Part shown: piece after piece, positions 1 through 13,433 of the stretch | Numbering within the stretch: position 1 is the stretch's first letter | Layout of the letters: each line of letters starts with the position of its first letter | NCBI RefSeq assembly: GCF_009914755.1 | Contig: NC_060927.1 | Source: the human T2T-CHM13v2.0 reference genome, Homo sapiens | Direction: 5' to 3' (one strand) | DNA: 64,000 nt | Translations under genes and position numbers: made by a program | The notes under the pieces: generated by a model | The model's database searches: none | Seen by the model: the letters and a program-made list of their open reading frames with translations, nothing else | Told to the model about the DNA's origin: nothing

Positions 1-861
1 TTTTAGGAGTACAAGTACTAGTTAATACAGTCATGATAAACTGAGTGCAAATTGATATTCCCATGTGACTTTAATCTATTTAAACACAATTAAATCTTTA
101 TGTTTCAGAATCATTTGAAATGGCTGGATTTTACCTACACCAATCTTGAAGAATGAGCATTGGTAAACATGGCAACATTTTGTCCCAAGTAAAGACAAGA
201 TAAATCATCTTAAAATGAGGTTTGAGTAGATCTCTGTCTCCAGCACCATGATTCTAACAAAATTAGAATGCATCTCTATGGAGCCAAATTTTCTAATTGG
301 CCCTAATTAGGATTTTGTTATTCTCTGTGTTTTCCTTAGGTTGCTCAGAATAAAACTTATAAAATAAATCCATCTACAAACCCTGTTTCCAGCTCAAAAT
401 TTAAGAGGAGGATTCTAACAGTGCCTACAAATACATTGAAAATATTGCAGAACTTACATTATTTTGTGGCAAATATTGTGTGAACTACTCTCAAATAGAT
501 ACAAGAAAAAATTTGAACTTGTAACTAAGAGGCCACAACATGTAGACAAGAGACAAATATTAATAATGACAAAGAAGAAACATACTTTGAAAAATGTTTA
601 CTGCCAAAAACAAGAGTAAATTTTAAATAGCAGGTTTGCATTCCAAAGATATTGACTATGAAATAAGAGATGAGGTAAAGAGAAGTAAAGAAAGAATCCT
701 AGCAGAAGAGAGGATGATACAAACTTAAGTTACTATTATTATTATTTTAGATGGGTCAGTTAACAACTGTATGTTTAAATTTATGAGAAACTGCTAAATG
801 TTTTCCAAAGTGGCTACTCCATTTTACAAGTTCTAATGTTCAAAAGGAAAGCTGGCTGACT

Positions 862-1063
862 TTAGTTAGCAACATGTATTGTATATTTCAAAGTAGTTAG
901 AAGAGAGGATTTGAAATATTTTCTACATGAAGAAATGATAAATATTCAGGGTGATGGATAATTCCAAATACCCTGGACTTTATCATTACCCATTTTCTGC
1001 ATTTAACAAATACTCACATGTAGCACCTAAATACATAAAATATTAAGTATCAATTAAAAAAAT
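862..1063 (+). mobile_element. L1MA-type LINE 3' end fragment
   Basis: Typical old L1 3'UTR text (tatatttcaaagtagttagaagagaggatttgaa...aagaaatgataaat) ending in an A-tail (caattaaaaaaat). Confidence 0.7.
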
Positions 1064-1064
1064 C

Positions 1065-3155
1065 AACACAAATGTACTGCTTTACAATTTCTGGTGGTCA
1101 GAAGTTTGCAATGGGTCCTCAGGGTTGCCTTTGTGCTGGAGGCTGTAGGAATTATATTTTTCTTTCTCTTTTCTAGTTTTACCTTCTGATCTTGTATTCT
1201 CTCATTAGGAGGCTTGTAATTACATTTGATCCACTCAGATAACACAGGATAATTTGACTTGTGTTAAAAGATCTAAAGATCCTTAATGCAATTATGTTTG
1301 AAAAATACCTTTTTTCATCTAGGTAATATATCTACTGGCTTTCTGGATTATGATATAGGTATGTTGGGGAACCATTGTTCTGTCTACAATATTTCTTTCT
1401 TGGTTCCCCTAAAGGACTAGCTATCTCACATGCAAAGTATATAAACCCCATATCAAATCTCCAAAATCTCAACACATTACAGTATCTACTTAAGTCCAAA
1501 ATCTCAAATAAACCTCATCAGCTGAAACATCCAAAATCTCACCATGTAAATCTTGCATCGGTTGTGACTGTGGGTATGATCCATTATGGGTAAAAATTTC
1601 TCTTCAAACTTAGATTTGTAAAACAAGAAAACATGTTACTCTTTTCATAACACAATGTAGGACAGGCATAGTTTCCCTGTTAGAGGCATTTCTGTTCAAA
1701 GAGGGAGAATATAGAATGAAAAAAGGAATCATTAATCCAAATAATTTTGAAATCCAGCATGTGAGGCTCTACTAGGTTTTGAGGACTTGAAATAATCCTC
1801 TGTGGCTGTCAGTTTCACCTTCTGGCTTCAGGATTCTGCCCTCTTGTCCTGCAGCTCTGCCCTCAGAATCATTCTTCATTTTTCTTAAGGGGAAGCATGT
1901 GTTTTCAGCTGAGTAATGTTATTAGGCAGTTTTCATTTGCAATTCTAGTGAATTTCTTTTATTTCTTCCTTTCCCTGTCATTTGCTCCTCCATTGATATT
2001 TCCTTGATAATGCCAACTTCATTCCTGGTTTCTGCTTAGAACCAAAAATCACACACCTAAACTCTTCAAAGAGTCCTTTGTGTGATTGAATACTCTGAAA
2101 TGTTGCTGCTTCAGAAGCATTAGCAAAAGGTTGTCCAGCCATTCCCTTTGCCTTCTCTCCAGAGCACAATTTCCTGACATTGAATGTGCTCATTTTAGTG
2201 TCTTGTGCAATCTGGATAAGATGAAAATCTTCTAAATCATCAAGTCCTGATTCCTTTTTCTTAAAATTCTCTCAAGATTTTTTTTCTCTCTCTCTTCTTT
2301 TTTATCTCCCACATTGTGCTATAAGCAAAAGGAAGAAACCAAACCACAATTTCAATACTTTGCTTGGAATCCCAACTAAAAATCAAATTTATCTTTCAAA
2401 ATAACATTATGACACAGTTCAGCTAAGCATTCTATCATTATATAAAAAGAATACAGTTTCTTCATGTTTCCTATAACTTCCTTCTGAGCTCTCACATACA
2501 GTACTGTTAATAACAATATTTCCACTAACAGTCTTGTAAAGTAATCCAGGAATTTTCTATTATGCTCCTCAAAGTTCTTCCAGCTTAAACCCATTACACA
2601 ATTCCAAAGCCACTTATGTATTTTTAGGTACTTGCTACAGCAAACAATGTCCCACTTCCACGTACCAAAACCTGTATTAATTTCCTGTTGCTGCTATAAC
2701 ACATCACTACATACTTAGTGGCTTAAAACAACACATGTATGATATTACAGTTATGAAGTTAAGAAATCAAACTTGAATCGGCAGGACTCTATTCTTTCTA
2801 GGGGCTCTAAGGAAACAAAAAATATGTTTTGTTTCAGGTTTTGTTTTGTTTTGTTTTCTGGCCTTATCCATGTTCCAGAGGCTGCCTGTATCCCTTGGTT
2901 TGTGGCCTCCTTCCTCCATCTTCACAATCAGCAGTATAGCGTCTCCTTCCCTCTTTTACTTTCTGCCTTTGTCCTATAAGGTCACCTGTGATTATATCGA
3001 GGCCTCATAGACAATACAAGATAATTTCTCCATATTTGGAGCCCTTAACTTAATCACATATGTGCAGTAACTTTTGCTGTTTAGGACAACGTAATTATAG
3101 GTTTGGGGGATTGTGATTTGCACATCCTTGGGGGCCATTATTCTATCAATCACAT
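1065..3155 (-). mobile_element. MLT1 (MaLR) element: partial LTR, internal region, LTR
   Basis: MLT1-like LTR motifs at ~1065-1390 and ~2672-3155 (tgtattaatttcctgttgctgctataac...ggggccattattcta) flank MLT1-int-like sequence (ccattacacaattccaaagccactt...ggtacttgctacagc). Boundaries approximate. Confidence 0.6.
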
Positions 3156-3159
3156 TATG

Positions 3160-3420
3160 GCTACTGTAACTTCAAGGTAGTTGAATTCCAAGACTTCTGT
3201 GATGCTGAGGAGAAGGTGATGGAAATAAGGTAAATCAAAATGTCACAAAGCTCACTCTTCTTACTGAGATTTTCCCATTTTTCTTGAATAAATGCTCTTC
3301 AGATTGTTGCAAGCCTTTGGTTAATTTTCCAAGTTCTGAAGATTGATGTTGACAAGTTTTACCAGTATTCTGATTGCTTTTATAGAGGAGTAGATTTTCA
3401 GACACCCTCACTCTAAATTT
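3160..3420 (-). mobile_element. Old L1M 5'-region fragment
   Basis: Motifs gctcactcttcttactgagatt and ttcttgaataaatgctcttcagattgttgcaagcctttgg resemble L1M4/L1MD-type 5' sequence. Confidence 0.45.
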
Positions 3421-6408
3421 GTGTAAAATAATCAACATATGTAGGGAGACTATTACTAGGAAACAAATCAAAATATAGCATCTATGTGCACTGGTAAATA
3501 CACAAATATATAAATGACAAATACACTTCTAAAAAATTCCAATTACCTACTTATTAATTTTTCTATATTTTCAATAAATATATTGGTTTTATACAGTGTA
3601 ATATTGTATATATAGTTGTATATGTACATATAAATATATGTGTTTTTAATGTTTGCTAAGTAACGCTGTGTTGATTTTTTTAACACTTGTAACCAAGCAA
3701 AAAGATATAAAGCAATCATGCTGAATAAATTGGTTGTCTTTCAATTGTTTTCTCAAAGAATCTCAACTTTAAATTGTTGCTCTATTATTGATTATCTCTA
3801 GTTTAATAAAGCAATATATTGCTGCTGGTGAACATGAAATACAAACAATTTTTAAATATTGTCATGATATAAATACTTTCTATATTATAGATCTTCAAAC
3901 AACAGTGATGACCACACAATTATATAAAATGGATAATTTACCTGAATCCTTAGAGAAAATAGGCGTATTGTATTATGCTTCAGCCCAATTATAGGTTTGT
4001 TAATTCTAGAATAAAATTCTGGCTGAATTCATGAAATCTCATACATACAAAAAAGATTCGTAGTTGGTTCAGTGTGGGACCTTATAGATTATTCCTAGTT
4101 CAAATCTCATCTCAGTTTAATAGATCAAAAAGATGAGCCTTAGAGATGTTGTGTGGTCACTTAGATTTATTAATGAAAGAGCTAAAAAGAGAACCCAGAT
4201 ATCCCAAAGAGAAACAGCAGAAGCAGCTGTGATGGGCCATGGAAGGAAAGTGGAGAGTATAGATGGAGAAAATGTATTAGGGCAGGACAAAAGAGGCTTG
4301 TACATATATATTTTACAGAAATGTTTAATCATAAATCAGAAGAAAGATGGGGTTGAAGACTTTTTTACTCTGCATCTATGTTGTTTATTTCTGTGTCACC
4401 TAGATACAAACATAAATGTCTGCCTCCTACTTTGTATACTGAAGATCTATGTGGGTCTCTCATATTTATAATATACTAAACCCAGAAACCTAGGCATATT
4501 CTACAAAAGAGAGCAGAATTTTATCTCATATTAGATCAGCAGCAATGAAGCATCAGAAAGGTTATAGATTCTTTAGCCTGAAGACTACTATTTCTTGGTG
4601 TGAGATATATAAAATCTCAATTAGATCAGCAATGAAAAGGACTATAGACATAAACAAAGGGCAGTTGTCAGTTATGGACATCAACATTTGAAACAGAATA
4701 GTTTCTGGAAACTACATGTGGAATGGCTATCTGACAGGTAAGTTGAAACGGTTTGGTCCTCTGTCTGGCCCACAACCCACTGTCTCTCAAAGTTGCTGTT
4801 AGGAAGAGTCTAAGATGGGGAGATCCAAGCCACCACAACAATAAACATTCCATTCAGAATTTTGAAGGTAATTAGTTCTATGAATACTCACATGTGTTTA
4901 TAAGTCGTCTGCTTCTGAAAGTAGTGAATGGGTGTGACAACACAATTGGTAGGTTAGTGCAAATGGGGACCTTTGGGCCAAATCAGGCCAGAACAGGTGA
5001 GGGCTTAGCCAGAAAAATAGTTTGCGTATTTGTTTTTAATTTGAGAGACATTAGCTGAGCAGCACTTTCAGTGTCCTACCTTTGTTCATTCTTGGCTGTC
5101 TTTTAAGACATCTACAGCATCATGTATTTATCTTATTTGCCTGGCCCCAGCAGGCAGTTGAGTCATGAGCGATGGCTAACAGATTCAGTTCTGGTCAATA
5201 TGAGTCATAAAACAAAGCTCTCAGAGACATACAAGTGCACAGATATAAGATATTGTCTTTAATCTTCTATTGGCATCAGGGTTACCTTTTTCTACCCATT
5301 CTGGCTGGCACCTCCATGAGGAGTTTCTCTGAGAGAACTTCATTCACATCATTCATGCCTAGAAGTCAGAGTGTGATCTGGTATGAGTAATATTAAACAA
5401 GAAAACAAACAGGAATCTGCAGGAATTGCTTGATAATTCAAGTCTCCAGGGTGATATTTTAGATTTTGAGTCACAGATTAAAAAACTGGCCCATGAACGT
5501 AGCTGATCCAAATCCCACACAAAGTGTTTTTGTGTTATTTTTGTCTTTTCTTTATTTCTTATTTATATAAATTGTAACTCCTTTTTCTCCACCCACCCAG
5601 CCTGCAGGTGGCTGAAATTCCTGGTAAATAGAGAGGACAGGGACAGCAACCTAATTGAAGACAGCTATGACTGGTGTTATCACAGTCATCAGAAAATAAA
5701 CTTTCATCATTCCAGTTTCCGGGTTTCCCATTGATGGAACTGGTTATACATGGTTCCACTTAGCGGACCAAGTTGGAACAGCTATGCACTGCATAATTTA
5801 TTAGCTACACTGGTTCTGACTTGAGCCAACAAGGGAAACAAGAAGACAGATTCTTAGTGAGCAAGCTGGTCAATGTACTTGACATGTTTCAAATTATTTA
5901 TTCTCTTTGTTCATTTGTAGAACAAATTTCTCCCAAGACCTTCCTCCAATGGAACACAAATAAGTCTATATGTGGCTGTAACTCTAAATTACTCTTCACT
6001 TCAGTGCATATAATTCTCCAAACATTAACTCCCAAAACCTAGAAGCATAGGGGTAAACCTGGTATAATAATAGGTTTGTGATCTGTGAAATAAAGCAGGA
6101 CACTGCCACAAATGAAGCCAAAAATAAAAATGGACCACCCTTTAGATAAATCAGAGGTCTATATTTCTTATAGTATTTATAATACTATGATATTATAACA
6201 TTTTGCTTATTAGGATGTCGGCAGTGTGTATGGGCATCCCATTTGGAGGGTCTGTGGGAAAGAAGTTTGCATATATTCAGCTGTGACTGAGACCTAAGCC
6301 CAGATTGGCTAGACTCCCACTACATTCTTATGTCCTTACACTATTGTGGGCTCAAGAATGCAAACATTCTTGATTCTTTGGTTCTGTCTCTTTCCTCTCC
6401 TTGCAGTG

Positions 6409-6409
<1 letters not shown>

Positions 6410-6449
<40 letters not shown>
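6410..6449. repeat. (TC)n microsatellite
   Basis: About 19 uninterrupted TC units. Confidence 0.95.
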
Positions 6450-6451
<2 letters not shown>

Positions 6452-7080
6452 GGCTAGATTCTCACAAGAAACTTAATATTAACTCTACTTAGTTAACAAT
6501 ATTTTAACTTGGAAGTAAAATTGATAACCTTTTCTACTTCTATTCAATATCAGTTATTTCATTTGCCTCAATACTATCTATAACACATTACTTATTTAGG
6601 CTCCACTAATGTTAGGTATAACTGTAAAATAAAGATTATGCTACAAGTCACATAAAGTAGTCATTCATTTGGTCCACACAAAAAAATATTCAAGCTTCAC
6701 CCTTAAAACATCTGCTTTCCATCATTTTTTTCTAGTAAAGAGCTTTAATATCCAATGACTTGTAAATATGATTTGTGCACCTTAAAATATTTTAGATAAT
6801 GCTAATCAGGTACCCTTAAAATAGGTAGATTATCCTGCATTATTCAGGTGGACCAACGTAATTCCAAGCTTCCTTTAAATGTGGGAGAGGAAAGCAGAAG
6901 AATTGAAGTCAGAGAATGGAGATGTTACAGTGGAAACATTTGCTGGTTTTAAAGATGGAAGGAGGCCACAAGTCAAGAAACAGAGGTGGTCTCTAAAAGT
7001 TGAAAAGATAAGGAAACAGATTCTTCCCTAGTGCTTCCAGAAATAATGAAACTCTTCCAATAACTTGATGTTAACCCAAT

Positions 7081-7607
7081 GTATTAATCTTCTCAGGCTG
7101 CCCAAATAAATTACCACAGACCAGAGAGCTTAAACACAGAAATTTATTTTCTCACAGATCTGGATGTTGGAAGTTCAAGATAATGGTATCCTAATGCAGA
7201 TGATGGGTTGATGGGTGCAGCAAACCACCATGGCACGTGTATACCTATGTAACAAAACTGCACATTCTGCACGTGTATCCCAGAATTTAAAGTATTTAAA
7301 AAAAAAAAAAGATCAAGGTATCAGCATGGTAAGTTTCTGGTGAGAGCTCACTTCTTGATTTATACATGGCCACCTTCTCACTATGTCCTCCCTTGGTCTT
7401 TCCTTGGTGCTTGTGCCCAGAAAGTGACAGAGTTCTCTGGTGACTCTTCTTATGAAGACACTAACCCTTTGGGATCAGGGCCCCATCCTTCTGACCTCAT
7501 TTAATCTTAATTACTTCCTTATAGGCTCCATCTCCAAATACAGTCACATTGCGGGTTTGGGCTTCAACATATGAATTTTTGGGGGACACCAACATTTAGT
7601 CCATCAC
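7081..7607 (-). mobile_element. MLT1A/B-like LTR nested in MLT1 LTR
   Basis: Runs from gtattaatcttctcaggctgcc...ccacagac to caacatatgaatttttgggggacaccaacatttagtccatcaca. Confidence 0.65.
7191..7308 (+). mobile_element. 5'-truncated L1PA 3' tail with poly(A)
   Basis: gatgggttgatgggtgcagcaaaccaccatggcacgtgtatacctatgtaac plus poly(A). Imperfect 14-bp TSD: aagataatggtatc (7177-7190) and aagatcaaggtatc (7309-7322). Confidence 0.85.
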
Positions 7608-7743
7608 ACCAAGTAAGATTCATTTTAGACTTTTGACCTCAGAAATTATAAGACAATAAATTTGTTTTATTTAAAGCCATGAAGTTTGTGGTAGATGGTT
7701 ATGCCAGCAATAAAATCCTAATATAAATCTTGGTACGGGAATC

Positions 7744-8686
7744 ACAGCTTTTCTGCTGTTTTGCTTTTTATAGTTTCAGTTACCAGCATGGTCAACTGAG
7801 GTCCAAATATATTAAATGAAAAATTCCAGACATAAACAATTCATAAGTTTTAAATTGTATGGCAGTCTGAGTAGTGTGCGAAAATCTTGAGCTGTCCCTG
7901 TGGGATGTAAATTATCTCTTTGTCCAGCAGATCCACACTGTCTCCACCACCCTCCCGTAGGACATTTTCATTATCAGTTTGAGTGCACAGTGGTTGTGTT
8001 CAAATAACCCTATTTTACTTAATAAGGGCCCTAAAGTGCAAGAGTAGTGATGCTGGCAATACAGATATGATAAAGAGAAGACATAAAGTGCTTCCTTTAA
8101 GTGAACAGGTGAAAGTTCTCAACTTAATAAGGAAAGAAATAATATATATGGAACCTCAGTATATATATATATACTAAAAACAAATCTTCTATCCATGAAA
8201 TTATAAGGAAGGAAAAATAAATTTGTGTTTGTTTCACTGCTGCACAACAAAATCTAAAAGTTACAGCCATAGTGCCTGATAAGTGCTTAGTTAAGATAGA
8301 AAAGACGTTAAATATGTTGCACCAGGAAGCACTGAAACTATGTGAAGACTCCAGCAAGGGATCCCCTGAAATGAATGACATCAAGTCATTTATTGCAAGT
8401 AAGAGGCTGTATCTGCCCATTAAGAAGCTGCTACCACATTTCTGGAAGAGTTAAAGAAGTTAAGGGGAAAGTATACCATCCAAACGTGGCACTTCTGGAA
8501 GAAGATGCCCAAAAGAAACTACATTCATAAAAGTGCAAAAAAGGTACCAGGACTTAAACCATGAAAGGACATATTAACTCTGGTACTATGTGGCAAGTCA
8601 TATGTAGAGTTTGGTACTATCTACTATTTGGGGTTTCCACCATGGGTGTGGCTTCGGTTTCCTGCAGACAAGAGGGTGGCAACTGT
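7744..8686 (+). mobile_element. MER44/Tigger7-type DNA transposon fossil
   Basis: MER44-like start (gtttcagttacc...ggtcaactgaggtccaaatatattaaatgaaaaattccag). Contains remnants of the transposase N-terminus (KRRHKVLPLSEQVKVLNLIRK). Confidence 0.75.
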
Positions 8687-9329
8687 ATCTGGAAGTGGGG
8701 TGCTGCAGTTAACAAATATCTAAAAATGTGGAAGTAGCTTTGGAATTTGGCAATGGGCCAGGCTGAAAGGATTCTGGGGAGTATGATAGAAAAAGTATAG
8801 ATGGCTTAAATAGCTGTTTCATATAAATATGATGTTAATGACTCTGCTAGTCAGTACTCAGAAGAAGTGAGGTTCATGAAAATAAAATAAGTACTATTTT
8901 AAATAATACATCATCATGAGCAGACTGATGATAGAAATATGGAGTTAAAGGCACTGAAGGGGTGTGGGCTCAGATAAAGATGAAGAACCTATTATTTGAA
9001 ACTGGAGAAAAGTGGATTTTTGTTATATAATGGCAGAAAGATGAGCTAAATTTTGTGCTGCATTAAAGCCATCATTTTATTCTTTGTAAATTTACAAGTA
9101 TCTTATTGAGTGCTGCTTTGAGACAATGTAAATACACTTTTACTCCTCAAACTTTCAACCACTGATTATAGAAACCATTTATGATTTCTTGCTAGAATGA
9201 AATTGTTGTCATAATGATTGCCAACTGAGAATTTTTTTGAATTCAATCATTTCTTCTACTTCTAATTAGCTTTTCTGCAAACAAAGGAACATTCTATTTT
9301 TTCTCTATTCCTCCCTCTCTGTTTCCCCC

Positions 9330-9492
9330 CTTTATTTTCCTTCCTTCCTCCCTCCCTCCTTCCCTCCTTCCTTCCCTCCCTCCTTCCCTCCCTCCTTCCC
9401 TCCCTCTCTCCCTCTCTCCCTCCTTCCTTCCTTCCTTCTTTTCTTCCTTCCTTCCTTCCTGCCTTCCTTCCCTCCTTCCCTCCTTCCTTCCA
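9330..9492. repeat. (CCTT/CCCT)n polypyrimidine low-complexity tract
   Basis: Near-pure pyrimidine tetranucleotide array. Confidence 0.95.
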
Positions 9493-12213
9493 TCAAAATC
9501 GTATATGAAAATGTCTGATTATTCTACCTATTGGACTGGTGGTGATTATTGCTTTCATTTTCAGACAAAGAACTTTAGAGGAAGTCAAGATAGGCATTCT
9601 CTTAACTGATCTTCACTTGCCCAAATTACTGGGTTGACTTTTTAAACTCTCTATAAAACCTACCCATGATCCCCAAATTACACTGAATGTGTGTGGCTAG
9701 TACATGAAATTTGTCCCTTTGATTTTCTAATTGTGAGGGTACATCTACCCTAACAAATTGAGTTCTACACCTACAAAGAGTGATTTGTATTTTTTCTTAA
9801 ACCAGTTTATGCAAAACATATTCATTAATATTACGGAAAGCAGATAAATATTATTTAGTACTTTAATTAAAGATTAATTTAAAAATATTTTGTACAAGAA
9901 CTAACCTGAAATCTTTGAAAACACTTATTAAAGCTAGTTGCTAAAGTTGATATGAAACACTAGAAAATGGTAGTAAAAATCTAGTATTCTGCACTAAATT
10001 ACGTTTTTATGTGTCTTTAAATTCTGTTTCCATGTATACAAAAATAAAGTGTGTATCTTTATGGAAGAAAGACAAGGTAGAACAGCAGGTCCAAACTTGG
10101 CCTTTGGCCCTACATCCAAAGACTAGAAAATAAATAAATGATATAATAATAATAGTAGTAGTAAACTTCACCCTCAATTTATTTAAAAGAATGCATGCAT
10201 TTTAAAAATACAATTCTCCACTTTTTATTGACATTTTATTTAAACAACTGCTAAACTCAATATCTTCACATAAATGGACTTTGACAACTTTGAGAACTTT
10301 CAAGATTTACAATACACATCAATTCACCCTGTAAATTTGAAAGATGGGTAATTCAACAATTTTAGGCCATATACCATGTATCCAGTTTTAGCATGTTCAA
10401 AAAGAACTTCTCTAACTGTAGAATCTATATTAGTTCCTAGAGAACAATCAGTCAAGCCATGGTGCTAAAGAAAAAGGTACAATTTCAGACAAGCCTGCCA
10501 TCAGGATTCCTGGAGACTGAAAGAGAGCTACATGGAGGAGGAAACACTTGATTTGATCTTTCAGGAATGGTTGGAAAGTCTAGGAAAGGCTGTCCAGTCA
10601 AGAGAAAGAGCATGGATAAGATGGGTGAACTTCTTAACATGGCTAACAAGGCACTGCATTATCTAGCCTTCCTTCACATGCTGCACCTCCCTCCCTGCCC
10701 AGCACCGGCAATGCACACAAGAATACAAAGCTAATGGTCCAGCCACATTGCAGAGGACCGATGTGAACTCTGTCCAAGTTCTTTCCTCTGTCTAAAACTA
10801 TATTCTCCCCAATTCTCTTGTGCTGAGCAAACTTTCTGTCTTAGTTTAAAAGTCACCACCCACAGGAAGAATTTCATTAAAATTGAGTTCAGCATTCCCA
10901 ATACTTAGTTTCTATATACCTTGAACTCGATCATAACACTTTTCACATGTATGCCTGTACTTAAGCACCTTGAGGATAATAATTTTGTTCATTATTGAGG
11001 TCAATATACCTAACAAAACCAATAGCCCAGAGCAATATCTTTGTATGTATTTATTAATTGACTGATAATCAACTTTATCTCCTTTAAATCAATCAATTTT
11101 ATATTTTTATATTGGTTTCCCCCTCAGTTCTCATGGAATAAATGCCACAAATGCATTTATATGAGTGACTATCTTTTTCACACACACACAAAAATTAGAT
11201 TGCAAAACAAAGGATTTTGCAAACAAATGCACTTCTGCCTGTGATTAGCAACAATGGTGAGAAAATTCTGGCAGTACAATTTAAAAGAAATGTACTTAGC
11301 TTGTACGTGGTAGATCCAATTTACTCTGTAAAGGGTATCTGAAAGAGAATTTATCTGGATTATCTCTGAATTACTACTGTCTATTGGCAATATTTGATTA
11401 AAGTTGAAATGTTTCTTAGAAACTGATTCTCAAGAGAAAATGCAATTTTAGGAAGAAAGAAACTGATGTTTGTTTTCTACCTCTGCCAGACAGAAATAAC
11501 CTCAATATATTAATGACAAGAGGCCAGAATCCACAAGCAGAAACAAATTGCCATTAGTAGGCAAGTAGATTTCAAGTATTGGTTTTCCAAATCTAGTTCA
11601 TTTCCAAATTAGATAAATTTATAACCTGTCATTAATAGGATATTTTCAGCCACAGAATAATATTAGATTAAAATTTGACTTCAGTGCTTGGTTTGTGGGA
11701 ATAGTAAGTTCAGAGCTCTGTGTATTGCTTATCATTCTATAGCCCTCCCACCTTGTAAATCCTGAGTTCAAACCCTATATTGTTCAGTTATGTTTCATCT
11801 GGTTTTAGGGTATGAGATTTTTACTCCCCTCAGACAATGGCTTCTGCATTTTGATGCTATGAGGCTAAGAAAAAACAGTCTCTAGCCCAGATGCTAGTCT
11901 ACACTTCTGTGAGATGAGAATCATTCCTTAGTTTGGCATCTTGCATAAAGACTTATTTTCTGTTCTGAGAGGATAATCAATATTCATCATGGGGTTCAGA
12001 ATGGTTTTATATGCCATTAAAAGTTGCAAAACAGAAATTTAATGTAGCCCAAATATTCCACATTGGCTTTGAGCCACCTCCCTGTGTTTTAAAAACTGTT
12101 GATCTTTACCAACACACAGTCCTTTTTTCTATGTTTGTTCTACTGCAGGAACCTTCTCATGTCCCTGGACCCGCATTAGATCACTAAATCTTCACACTGA
12201 CCTTATGAGGTAG

Positions 12214-13433
<1,220 letters not shown>

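Larger units (their letters stand above)
6770..7722 (+). mobile_element. MLT1 LTR interrupted by a second MaLR LTR
   Basis: MLT1 LTR motifs (gattatcctgcattattcaggtgg; aaggaggccacaagtcaag; aataaatttgttttatttaaagcc) are split by the insert at 7081-7607. MLT1-int-like sequence follows to ~9060. Confidence 0.6.

Noticed and set aside
4523-4636. Short repeat atctca(t)attagatcagca...atgaa about 90 bp apart
   Set aside because: Too short and imperfect to interpret.
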